In this document: piece by piece, positions 24,740 through 37,625 of the stretch | Numbering within the stretch: the stretch's first letter is position 1 | How the letters are laid out: each line of letters begins with the position of its first letter | Assembly: GCF_021869535.1 (NCBI RefSeq) | Contig: NW_026262701.1 | Span: forward strand, 17,918,001-17,982,000 | Reading direction: 5' to 3' | Origin: Mytilus californianus | Lineage: Eukaryota | DNA: 64,000 nt | Made by a program: the position numbers and the translations under genes | The notes under the pieces: model-generated | The model's input: the letters and a program-made list of their open reading frames with translations, nothing else | The model's database searches: none | What the model was told of the DNA's origin: nothing

Positions 24740-25146
24740 CATTCTTACATCGGACTCGGACATCTCTTAAACTGAGTTTTACTGTGCGTACTGTTGTACG
24801 TTTGTTTTTTCTACATTGGCTAGAGGTATAGGGGAGGGTTGAGATTTCAAAAAACATGTTTAACCCCGCCGCATTTTTGCGCCTTTCCCAAGTCAGGAGC
24901 CTCTGGCCTTTGTTAGTCTTGTATCATTTTTAATTTTAGTTTCTTGTGTATAATTTGGAGTTTAGTATGACGTCCATTATCACTGAACTAGTATACATAT
25001 TTGTTTAGGGGCCAGCTGAAGGACACCTCCGGGTGCGGGAGTTTCTCGCTGCATTAAAGACCTATTGGTGGCCTTCGGCTGTTGTCTGCTCTATGGTCGG
25101 GTTGTTGTCTCCTAGAACATTCCCCATTTCCATTCTCAATTTTATT
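24740..25146. repeat. High-copy interspersed repeat ending TGGTCGGGTTGTTGTCTC...CCCCATTTCCATTCTCAATTTTATT
   Basis: Near-identical copy at about 62775-63034, an inverted piece at 37441-37522, and a fragment inside the serpin pseudogene (13101-13152). Confidence 0.85.
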
Positions 25147-25168
25147 ACACATTATTTTGACAAATACT

Positions 25169-25272
25169 GTATCTTAATAAAGGATCCGGGACCAAGATAT
25201 GCATAAATTCAAGGTCTCGTATCTTAATAAAGGATCCGGGACCAAGATATGCATAAATTCAAGGTCTCGTAT
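25169..25272. repeat. Exact 50-bp tandem duplication
   Basis: GTATCTTAATAAAGGATCCGGGACCAAGATATGCATAAATTCAAGGTCTC at 25169-25218 and 25219-25268. Confidence 0.95.
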
Positions 25273-25929
25273 GGTAGGGAAAGTTGATGCTGAAATTTAT
25301 ATACAGTCATTTAGATTCAACTATAAGGACATTATTACAAGTAGAATATTTAAAAAATTCCATACCTATAATCTTGACAGTCAATTAGCAAATCTTTCTC
25401 TTTAATATCTTGACGTGGTTTTCCGAAAAAGTGACCACCGTTATATAAATAGTTTGGGCACTTTATCATACATACAAGACATGGTTCTGGAATAAACCCT
25501 TTTAATAGCTGACTGTCTATATATGCGGTTTGGGTCATGCTTATTGTAAAATGTCGAATGGTGACTTATAGTTGTTAACTTCTTTGTCATTTGGTCTATG
25601 ATGGAGAGTAGTCTCATTGGCAATCATACCACATCTTCCTATTTTTATATTCATCACTCATGCTTATAACTATAATAAACATACGTTTGGAAAGACAAAC
25701 AGAGCATTAAAAATACCCAAAAGAACAGATAAAACAGTTTAATGTCACTTAAGTCTGCGAAAAATTGCCATGTATTTAATATCAATTAATGTAAACATCT
25801 TAAACCATGTACACCTTTAAGGTATAATCATTATAGTGAACATAATAACCATAGAAGAAGATAAAACTCGACTACAGAGTATGTAATCTATATTTTTATT
25901 TTTCAAAAGTATAACCGACTGTGTTACAT

Positions 25930-28900
25930 TCATACTCTACGAATCATCATTGATGTGTTCTTCATTGACTGTGCTCCTTTCCATTTATACCAAAGCAATC
26001 CGTTGTCATCCTTTTTATTTCCTATATACAGTCCGTTCAAATTACTGTCATAACATTTGTTATACCACCAACCCCCTTTAAACCTTTCCGCACAATTACT
26101 GCTATAGATGTCATTATCCTTATCTTTTGTCGAGAAAGCCTGTTTATCATGCATCTTTAGAGAATCACCTAATATTATATATAAAAAGAAATGTTTAGAA
26201 CCGACAATGATGTAAATTAAAACCAGCCAGTTTTTTTTAACTTCTCTTTTTTCTTCAATTTAGGTTATCTCTACCAACGTTTGAAATATTGAGTCAAAGT
26301 CATGTTTTTATCTATAATATATATGTATATACAATTAGTAATAAATTTTATCAACTTAAGAAGCAATGCTCGCAAATATACATTATTATATATTGACTGT
26401 TAAGTTACAAATACAAAGAACTTGAATTTGTGAATGAAATATAATGAATTAAAAACGTATTTATAGTTAAATGTTGAATATGAAGATAATTTCAAACATT
26501 CATAGTATGAGTGTTGTATATCGTATTCATTTTTTGTGTATTGTTTTGTACATACACAAGGTCGTCAGAATTTCTCTCTGGTCTGTATATAAAGAACAGT
26601 CGAAGAGGAAATGGTGTAAGTCTCAATGTTGCATCCACAAAGACAAGATGGGTCAGGAATTACATTGATTTTGAACAAGTAATAATTCAAGAAAGATGAG
26701 TAGCATCTTAATTGAGTTAGAATTATATTTAGTTTCCTCGGTCCATATAAATAGTGCTTTGGTACATCTTTATTTATAGTATTTAGACTTTTTAATTTGA
26801 TTTTAAACTTTGAGAAAGAGTCTGCTTTTCAAAGGGACAAATCGGTATGATTCCATGGTCTAATAGTTGATGGTATAAAATATTCTTCAGTAAGGTATAA
26901 TCTACAAAAAGGAACAGTAATGTCATGTCATTTCTTAAGGGATATAAAGTTGTGAACAAGATTGTATAGATAAATCGTAGCTTGTCTATATTAAATGTTA
27001 TAAAAAAAATATTTGTAATTTTCGTCTTTTCCTCGTGTCAGCTAAAGTTTCAAACCTAACTTCTTCATACAGACTTTCATGTCTTGTAAATATAGGCAAA
27101 CCAGTAATTATTTTAGCAGCTTCTAGCTGCAAACGTTAAATTTTTTTTGCGTATCCTATCCCATAATTATCCTAAACCACAGTTGCATATTCAAAAAGTT
27201 AGTACTGGAGTTTCCTCAGAATATTTAAAAGTTTATAATCTCCAATCTTCCAATGTCAAATGTCTTCCTACTTAATGCAAAAGACAGTGTATGTTTATCA
27301 TATACCAGTATGAAGTTATAGCAAAGGCCAAAATCTTGAATGTCAATTTGACTTTTGACATTGACATCAATTTCAAGTTCATAAGTCGTGGGTTTTTTAA
27401 AATAGAAGAGCATCAAGACTGTTTATGGTTAAGGAGATATACTGGCAAATATCTAATTTAAAATTTTCAAAGTGGAGACACATATTTAAAATATCTCCAG
27501 AGTACTTCCACCAAATGTATAGCATGTTGTAACAAACAATTAGACACAAACCTTTTATTGCTTACTGTTACGTTTAATTCTGAGTAAAACATGATAACAA
27601 TTCAAGTTTAAGATATAGACCGTCACCTAGACCTTTGACGTCGACGACAATGTTAAATTGGTGTCCTTAACTGAGGAGATATTCTGAGCAATATTCTTAG
27701 TTGAAACATGTTTGATTAAGCAACAGAGGACTTAAAAATATCCGAAGATAGTCTTTTAAAAGACCTGTCTCAGTCTTTTTAACAGCGGCTTGAGTATAGT
27801 CTTAAGTGAAATGAATAATTCATTACTTGTTTACATATCAATAATCGCGAAAACTGTTAAAATAAAGACTAATTTTCTATTTCAGAACCATATAATTCTC
27901 AATAAAATACTATCAACAATTGTTAAAGTATTTCTATCTCTGATTTAGAAAAAAATTCAGCAAAATCTCATTTGAAAAATGTCAGTATTACCTGCCGTTC
28001 CACTATAACCATTCAGTGTAAGTCTGTACTTGGCTGACCTGTCGGCAATGTAGAAGGTAGAATATTTTGCGTATGCTTGATCACCATTAAAATCCTCCAG
28101 GTTGACTCTGAGCTCATAATGTCCTTTGGATGTAAGTTTGTACAGTTTATCATTACCTTTTTAATCATAAAATAAGAAAGAAACATTGAGGTGAATATTA
28201 TTTTCATTTATACCTTGTTTACATTCAAATCTACAAAGATTGTTCAAATCAAATCTAGCAGTTTCGTTTATATCAATCCTTATACAACATTTAAAAGGAG
28301 AAAAATTGAAAATACGGTTATATAAAAAATGACATCAAAATTAGGAATATGATGTAGTCAGGACAAGTTTAAAGTTAAAACAAATGTTTCCGTTCTTTTA
28401 ATTTTAGTAATCTTGAATGAGTTGTTTTTATTTTAAATTGAGAATCTATTTTGTTGCATTTGTTAGGAACCTTGTTTACAAAATGTGATCGAAAATTTGA
28501 AATTGTTAATTGTACAATATAAACTTGTTCCATTTTGTAAGCACATTCTAAATTTCAAAAGATCTCATGTAGAAGTTCATGCCCTAGTTTAAAAAAAAAT
28601 CAACGTAAAAACAACATTGATAATTGTTTCTTCTAGTGACATATATCTTTCGACTACTCGATGTAAGTGAGAAAACGTGTTTCACGTTATCCTGGACGTT
28701 ATCTGATGAAAATGCTAACCTAGCCAAAATTCCGTCTTTAGATTACCAAATCCGTTTGCATATTCTTCCCATCCTCGGTAGAAATCTACTTTACCGTCTT
28801 GTCTTCGCTGAAAAACCTAGATTTTAAAATATGTTTATATATGAAACGTAAAACAATTTGCAGTATATCATGTAAGTTATGATTTAAATGAATGAACTAA

Positions 28901-30590
28901 TTACATGCAGGGTTTCCGCTGCAAAGAAAAATTGTGGGGATTAAAAAAATCATGACTGGCGATCGAATTTAGCGGAAGAAATATAACAGTTTGATTTCGT
29001 TCATCTTGTTAAATTTTTCAGGTTTCTCGGACTTTTTCCCTGCTCAGACAATACTCGGGTTTTACCTTGAACTCGTCACGTGTATCAATTTTGACAGAAA
29101 TCATAGATTATATAGAAATATAATAAATGAAACAAAAACGCTGTTAACTAATTTAAAAAAAAAAAAAAAATACAAGTACATAACAAAAATACGCGTTTTT
29201 CGTAATTTTGAAAATTTTGAAAGAAAAATTGAGAGCTGCGAAAAGATTATGGTTTTGGCGGAAGAGGTGACGAAATAAGATTTTGACTGCAGGAAAACCC
29301 TGAATATATGTATAACACATACCAGATATGCGCATATATACAAAATAGACCACCATAATATTCATAAATATCAGTCAAAAGAAAGTTATTTTAAAAAATA
29401 GTACTGCGAGGTCTGCCTTTCATTTTACAGTAGAGAATACTATTAATTTAAAGCAACAACAATAATTCTTTAGTCACAAGATTCCTTTACTACTTTCAGA
29501 AGTAACTTCCACTTCTCAAAAAATTATAGAATATTCTTACCGTCCATCCCCCGCCATCCGTCTCCATATCACAGTACGCCTTAAATCCAGCGCCACGTGC
29601 CGGGTAGATTTTGTAAACTCCACTTCTGTAACGTTTGCGGTCTAAATCCGAGCAGTCCCGAACACTGTGCTCTGAAATAGCGTAGACACTATTTTAGTGT
29701 ATATGTAATTCGGTATGAAGAATATTAAGATTGCAAAATAAAATTGTTTTTTCAAATCGCAACACTATAGCATTTTTCGACAAACATACATAGTTAGCAA
29801 ATTGATATTCAGAACAAATCCTTGTTATAATCAAATTAAGAATTATTTTATCAATATCTTTAGCTTCTAAAATAAAACGACCTTTGCTTTTGTTTTGGTA
29901 ATTTTTTTACTGATCAACCTTGCCTTTCAATTCTGCACTGAAAGTTAAATATCTTAGCACAGTCTATAAATGATTCCCTTACTCTCGAAATGAATAGCAT
30001 AATATCTTCATGTTGTGCTCATGTTACTCAAGTGTTAATTGTAACCTTTTTATATAATTCTGTGATGCTTTTAACTTGTAAACAATTTATCAAATCTAAC
30101 TTAAAATGCTATATTGTACATCAACGTTGAATATATATAGTTAATCAGATACATATTTGTACAAAATAAGAACAGAAGATTACTTCTTTATATAACATAT
30201 CAGAGAAGAATCTTAGAGAAGGAATACATACATAAATTTCGACTGATTTGTATAATACATAAGTGTTATACCTGAAGGCAGTAAAGACCTGTATTTACCA
30301 GTTGCCAAAATGCTAAGTACTCGTTCTGCCGTTTTTCCATAAAAGCAAACACCTTAAAAAATATCATTCATTTTAGTGTAAAGAGGTTAAAAAATAAAAA
30401 CATAGTATACAAAGATAAACAGTGTTAATAATAAGGCAATAAATGAACAATGTATATAAAATTAAAAAAAAAACAAAAGTTTCACTTTATTATAATTACC
30501 AGAATCAGAAGTTGATGTTAGAAAATGTCTATCGGCATTTGTCACCACTACCAATACAAAAATAGACAACATTATGAACGGTGTATGCAT
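25930..30590 (-). CDS. Fibrinogen-related protein (FREP), secreted, 267 aa; exons 30500-30590, 30272-30352, 29541-29671, 28720-28816, 27992-28156, 25930-26168
   Basis: All introns are GT-AG with matching phases, total 804 nt. Signal peptide [19 protein letters not shown]; FReD motifs [65 protein letters not shown]. Confidence 0.93.
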
Positions 30591-31642
30591 GCTAGATTGA
30601 TACATTTTGAACGTAGCATGCATACAATTGAAACTAGTATACGACTTACACGTTGAATTTTAATGTCAAAAGTGCGTGACTAATTATCGTAACAGATTGG
30701 AGTGTTTAACATTTTTAAGAACAGTATTAATTTTTTACGAATTAACATTACTTCCTTATCTGTTTCTTGGAATGTTTTATTTTCAAGTTTACTGTGTTCG
30801 TGTTGATCTGACCATTTTAAATACTTTGTGGACTGTACCTTTCAATTACATTTTATGATGAGACGTCTTTAAACTTGTAAAGATTTGTTTCAATTTTTTT
30901 CTTGCAATGTCTTTATCATGATTAGTAAGCTTTTGAAGTACCGTATTGTTTTGTTCAAGTAAGTCGTCATCCTGTTGGAACCTACATTGTCCAATTGTCA
31001 TTTGTTTATTGTTGATAGTTTATTTTAATTTTATGACATACGGCCAACATAGGTAGAGGGGGTGGTTTTGCCGAATTAAAACTAGTTTAACCCACATTTT
31101 TGTTTGGTTTCAAAAGGTGAACATTTGAATAATTACAAGCAAAAAGGCCATGCTGTGAAATATACTCCGATGCTATATAGATATTCTTTTGTTTATCTGT
31201 ATGAACATTTCGTAAACGATTAAACAATACTAGAGATGATAGACTTTTATATAATCTAACTATGTATTACGATGGTCTTGACCTGATTTCGACCAAAACT
31301 GTAACAAACGGAGCAAGTGAAAAACAACTGCCATATTAAGATTATGTTTAGTAGAGTGAAAGTACAGTAGATGTTTATTCAAAAAGTTTATGTATTTGAC
31401 TAATTCCAAACTTAAATAGTAAAAAGTAATTAGCGCTGTCTATATTTTTATTCGAAACTTGGTACAGGCATTTCCTTATATTGAAAATCTGGTTTTATAG
31501 CTAGCTAAACCTCTCACTATGACAGTCGCATAGAAATCCATCATATTGACAACAATAAAAAAACAGACAAAATAGGTAAAAATGTCAAAAATTGGGGTAC
31601 AGCAGTCAACTTTTTTCGACTACCAACAGCTATATTTTATCG

Positions 31643-31790
31643 CCTAGGTGATCGAGTGTTATTGGGCGCTGGACACAGTGCAGGCAATGTTGAAACGATG
31701 TAACAGAAGCAGTGGTTCGAATACCGCCGAGGGAAGAACAAAAATATGTTGACGTAGATTTGCATATCTAACATTGTTGGGCTAAATTTT
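31643..31790 (+). mobile_element. Degenerate tRNA-derived SINE head
   Basis: A-box-like TGATCGAGTG and B-box-like GGTTCGAATACC, about 60 bp apart. No full cloverleaf. Confidence 0.4.
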
Positions 31791-33840
31791 AGACGAATTA
31801 TATATATTGTGTCGTTAGCCTTGAATGACCACGGGTTATCCGATAGATAACGTCTGAACTAAATTGTCACATGTTTAAACATATATATATATAGAACATG
31901 TAAACTAGTGGACAGACTGACAATAAAATGTGATACATTTCAATTAGATAAACTCATTAAATAAACCAGGCTTCAATTTTTACGCGTTTTGTCTATAAAA
32001 TACTACATAAGCACTATATATCAACCAGTTAGGACTCATATTTTTTTCAAATCTAATTAAAGGCCCCATTTAGAGCAAATAAAAATCAATTCAAGTCACA
32101 ATCCATACAATATCCAAACATACATTGCATTAAATCTAACATACATACTAATTATTTAAGATTGAAATTGATTGAGAAAAATCGATATGGGAGGGACCAG
32201 TACAACAATGGATAACTCGTTTGATTAAATACACCTGTTATCTTTTTTTCTTGCCTCATTTTATTTATTTATGTAGATACAAAATTATTAATAAATTTAA
32301 AATCTTTATCTTCATTTGTCTTGAAATATATATCAATAATCAATCAAAATAAGAAATAAACTTCTTTAATATACTATATAAACTAAATATAAGACCCTCT
32401 TAGGTTGATCAATGCAAATCAAAATGTGATCGGTCAACATTATGTAAGTTAAGGATAAGTGTTCATACTTTATCAGTTGAAAGAGGGCGATATTTAAATT
32501 TACCGAAGCAGACAAGGATATGTCTTTGCTGGAACAATATAGACATTGAGGACGAATATTTGAAATGACCTCATTAAAAAATAAATTATGTTCTATTGAA
32601 CAACAGATGACGTTCTTTGTCATATAACTTGTTTATATCTATTCTGAATAGAAATCCTTTAACAGTATTATAAATTGTTATGAATTACATGAATGAATGC
32701 TTGTTGAAACTGATCGTAAAAAAATACTAGATTTTTTTCTTTATTTTATTTTCCCATACTTATCCACTATCACTCCTTCATTGTACATATGTTATTGTAG
32801 TTTGTCTGTATTTTTTTTACTATAATCATTTATTGTTAATGTGTTATTAGTGCCAATAAACTTGTCTTCTCTTATCAATCAATTTCAGTCTTAAACAAAT
32901 AAATATCTATGTATGTATAGATATTCGTTAGATATTTGTGTATTGTGGAGCCTCAAGATTGTTTACGCAAATATCACTGCTTATATTTCTAATATAGTCC
33001 TTAAAAATTAACTGATATTTGGGATTTTAATTGACGTACCTATAACAACCTGTTGTCCTGAATTGGCATGTACTATTTAAATCTGGTTGTAAAGCAATCA
33101 TAAGCCAATTAATCAGAAAATGTTTTCTTGCTTTGGCTAAGCCAGTTCAGGGAAAGATCTAGAAATTTGTAAAATAGGGAAAGAGGGATTGCTGTCCAAT
33201 TGAAATACAGATATCTAAAAGTTGAGAGGTTTAATTGATACATCAATATACCAGAATCCATTTCTCCTGAATATACACGACACATTTTCCACTGGACTGA
33301 AAGCAAGGAATAAATTATAAGTCAACATGTGATAGCTCTGAAGCTAAGGTCAGATTGATAAATTCAAAATGTTTCACTTGTCTTTAACCAAATGTACATC
33401 AGACTAAATAATCGTCGGTAATTTTATACCAAAAGAAGAAATTGCCCAATCACGAGACACCTCTCAAGAACATGACATTGTTTTGAAAATAGCACATTTC
33501 AACTAATAGAAGCTATCTAAAATTGGGACATACAATGTAAAAAACATAGAAAGATATTTTGGATGCACCAGTTACGTACTCTTGAAACTGATAGACTCAA
33601 TGAGAGAGATGAAAAAAGTTTAATCATAAACCAAAGGAAAAATCTTTAACATCATACTTTTTACACAACACATGTAAATCTGTGAAAAATAGAACAAAAT
33701 TTACGATAAGCTGTTTCTCATCAGCCTCCGATTTCACCTGCATGACTGATGAAGCTAATTGTCAAGCGAAATATTGATTAAAACTATGAAATATAACAAC
33801 TATTTTTATAACACTCATCAGCGTCTTGTGCATTTATATG

Positions 33841-35626
33841 ATTTATATACCAATATGGAGTTATTTCCTTTCAGAACGATAGGTCATTATTTTAATGAAT
33901 CAACCCGGAAGATACAAAGTTTCAATGAAATGCGCTTCCGAGGTTAAAAAAAAACCTGTGCAAGGTATTTGTTTTTCTTGATTAAAATGCAGGGAACAGT
34001 TTGTTAAAGCAAGTAATCGTGAGTTGTTGCAAATTACTGTACTATTTTCATCTTTTAAAGCCCAATTGTATCACATTTATGTGTCAGATTATTAAAAAAA
34101 ACGTATACAATCTGTTGACACACACCTTATTGGATGTTATTTGTGTTGATGCCCGTTTTTTTTTCGTGTTACATGAACATAGCGATTTTGTGCTGTTCTT
34201 GATTTTTTTGGCAGTTATATATTCCTTTTTCTTTTACATTATCTAATTACCAAATAGTCTCATTTTCTAAAGGATAACAGCCACGTAATTAAACTGCGAT
34301 GGGGGAGTATAATATTTAATCCTGGTTCTCATTTTTTTAACGAAAAAATACTATTGCCAAACAAGATGGAGAAACCAATTATTCGGAATAAATTGTATAA
34401 AATTGTTAAAACATAATCTGCTTTTCTGTGGTATAATTGTCATGTAACATTATTTTGCTTCGTGTTGAAGATTTTGCGGTAACCTATAATTGTTAACGTC
34501 TACGTCGTTTAGTCTCTGGTTGTGAGTTGTCTCATTGGCGATCATACCATATCTTCTTTTTTTTTTTAAAGCACCCTCACTTATAAATTTAATTTAAAAC
34601 AAAATACTTGCCAAATGGCTTGTTTTTTCATACACCGTAGCAATTCATTTATATCTTGCTTCATGCATTTCGAGAAACATTTTTAATGTAACTTGACAAG
34701 CCTACTTTGATTCGTCTGTTGAGTTTACTCGAGTATCAATCGAACCCCCATTCCAGAGTTTGACATTTTTAACTTACCCGGGTTAACTCGTTTAGGCAGG
34801 TTTAGTACAGTTACAAAATAGTAACAAACAAGAACAACAAAGAAGAGTGTGATACAAAATAACTGAAATTTTACAAAATATATCCAAAGAAAGGCGTTGT
34901 TAAGTGAAATTTATTTTTTGTTGGTTTTTTGGGGGGAATTACATGAATATTTTTCTTGTGTAAATACTGTCGGTGATGTTTATCAAAAGAACAGAAAAAA
35001 ATATATTTTCTGGATTTTGAGTTGCTAAATGTGACTCTAAGGGGACAACGGGGTAAGATACATTTTTTAAATGAATATAATGGCCTAGTTAAAACTGGAA
35101 ATGATTAAATGATAGAAATTCTTTAATTTTATTATGTCACAAATTTAAAAATAAAGTTTATTGTCGACGTCAATAAAAAGATTAAGTACTGATGCTATAA
35201 TGATATCTTCCATTTTGAAATTCAACTGGAGTCGAGTTTTCACTCCGATTTGGGAAGGTTGCGCATATGGGCATTTACACTGATTTCATAACTGTAGTCA
35301 ACCCTAGTTGAACGAATCTAGATTAATGAGTTGTATATCACCTTATAATTAATCCGTTGGACGTGTTTATACCTGATCGCATCGGAAAAGAATATCTCAC
35401 TTTAATTTAATCGGTAAAATTGGACACAATTTCCAGCTAATCTTTGCAGATAATATTATATACATGATTATTATTTACTAAAGGTCAGATAATGCATATT
35501 TCAAGGTTTTTCTTGTCGTATAAAACACTTCGGGATTACCTACGGTCGGTCTTTTATTTGATCAATCCTGACACCCCTCGGTGTGTTATGCGACAAGAAA
35601 ACTTTAAAATATGTATTATCTATAAC
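33841..35626 (-). mobile_element. Non-autonomous relative of the Crypton element (1786 bp, no YR coding sequence seen)
   Basis: 33841-33990 is the diverged reverse complement of Crypton right end 9380-9531. 35400-35626 is the diverged reverse complement of left end 6176-6350, including the AGATAATGCATA...TTTTTCTTGTCG hairpin. Confidence 0.75.
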
Positions 35627-36667
35627 TTAATTTAGAAACAGCATCAGTTTAAATTGATTTTCCATTTGATTGTCAGTAATATTCTGCCATTCATTGTGAT
35701 ACCATGGTATCTAGTCATCACCACTGTTTCTTTCTGGCGACAACAGGTTGAGCAAACATTTGCATCTATTCCCTCTTTTTCTAAAGCTCTTTTATTTGCT
35801 ATCTTCCTTTTGGAATTCGAAGTGAAGATTTTCTTATTCTGTTCACTTTTTTTCTCAAAGTGTGTACCAGATGTAAAAGGTAGTTGCTCTTGTGTTTCTG
35901 TTTGTGCATCTTCACGGTTTTCAATAATAGATTGGTCAAATATTATGATCGCAGCAACGATTTCACATGCAGCTACAGATAACATAGTTTATTATTTTTT
36001 TTTTAATAAAAAAAATTATGTGTAGGCACGTGCCTAAAGTGCCTAACGGCAGCTACGCCCCTGGGCCACCTACATTTGAAATACTTGTAAAATTTGGCAC
36101 AAAAGCTAGTAAATTGAAGTTCGTTTGTATACGTGTCGTCTATGCGTTCGATTTATCACCATTATTCCAGATTCTGAACCTTGGTTTTTGTAATATCGTC
36201 GTGAAAAACTGTTTTCCGCGCATCTGGTTTGCACTTGATTGATTGATAGATGGATGCTTAAAATTCAGTGGTAAACATTTTATGCATATTCATAACGAGA
36301 TTAGAATTTGATAAAGGATTGAAAAAATACTGTATCCTTAAATAAAGCACAAACAGGAAAGTCTAAAAGTGCTCCATGTTCGATTGGTCCAAGATAGTGG
36401 TGTGCATGAGCGTAATTGTCGTGTCCAAGAAAGCTAAAATGGATATAAAAATATTTTCTTCCTTGTCAATAAAGAACTTAAAAAATCCCAAATATCTGTT
36501 TATTTTTTTTTTTTTTTAATAATAGCTTTTATAATTATTTGAACTAAAATTAGTGAACAATGTTGAAGATCTTATCCCAAATGCCCCTCCTTTAAACGTC
36601 TTAATCAATTTTCTTTTTTGTAATTGTTAAAAGTTTACATTGTTTAACACAAAGTGCTAATTTATAA

Positions 36668-36928
36668 GGGGCATCGTTGGCCAAGTAATCCAAGTAGTTG
36701 AACTACTGTATCACTATCTCGTCAACACTGAGGTTGTGAGTTCGAATCCCGCACGTGGCAGGTGCACTCGGCTCTAATCTTAATTGACTAGGATCGTCAG
36801 TTTTCGTACCGAAGGTCGGTGGTTCTCTCTGGGCAGTCCAGCTTCCTCCATCAATAAAAACTGACCGCCACGAAATAGTAAAATAGTGCTGAAAGTGGCG
36901 TTAAACATTAATCATTCAATCAATCAAT
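36668..36928 (+). mobile_element. tRNA-derived SINE with (AATC)n tail
   Basis: A-box TGGCCAAGTAA, B-box GTTCGAATCCC, core GGTGGTTCTCTC...CTTCCTCC...AAAACTGACCGCCACG, then GTGGCGTTAAAC and an AATC tail. Confidence 0.8.
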
Positions 36929-37625
36929 TATACTGTGACATTCTGATTACAACAATAGTACCGTGCTATTTGAAAAGAGAAATACCACTATTGTTTTACG
37001 TTATATTCTTAGATCACGTCTCAGAAACTATTATAAGTGTTATGTAATGTATTTGTAATGTCACCTATGTCTTTTCTACAATTTACGTATATTTAACGCT
37101 AATAATAATATTATCTTTCTTTTTTTTTTGTCTTTTGAGAATTTTATTGTGTGTTTGATGTTTAGGGGATGAGATCTCGGTTATTATCTGTTGAAAAATG
37201 TACATATAGATGTCTGCACTGTTCATCATACTTGCTGTATTGATCATATAGGACATTTTAAAATCATATGATCATATCCACATAGAAAATGAAGAAATCG
37301 TTTACAGTTATCTCGTATTACTTCTTTATCTTGCGAAGAGAGAACACATATTTAAATGAAGGAATGCTAAATACTATTCTTTTGAAAGTTTATTTGAACA
37401 ATAAATATTTCGCCCTAAATGTGGTCAGCGAAGACTTGTAAAATTGAGAATGGAAATGGGAAATGTGTCAAAGAGACAACAACCCGACCATAGAACAGAC
37501 AACAGCAGAAGGTCACCAACAACTGTTATTGATAGTGTTAAAAAACGCATCAAAGATACTTGGCTTAAACTATGTTTTGAAATAATTTTTTAATTTTATT
37601 TTAAAATGCTTTGTTGTAATAATCA

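Noticed and set aside
26511-26699. Small ORF resembling a secreted peptide ([13 protein letters not shown]...) in a FREP intron
   Set aside because: Begins at GTG directly after an in-frame stop, has no in-frame ATG start, and has no recognisable family.
33746-33785. CTGATGAAGC...AGCGAAAT as a hammerhead ribozyme
   Set aside because: Core-like words are present, but stem I cannot form with the flanking sequence.
35644-35985. 113-aa minus-strand ORF with a plausible acceptor (possible transporter exon); similar weak fragments at 32366-32623 and 33109-33306
   Set aside because: No recognisable motif and no consistent exon chain could be built; needs RNA-seq or a profile search.
36668-36760. 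tRNA gene
   Set aside because: A and B boxes are present but there is no cloverleaf, and the sequence continues into a SINE body and tail.
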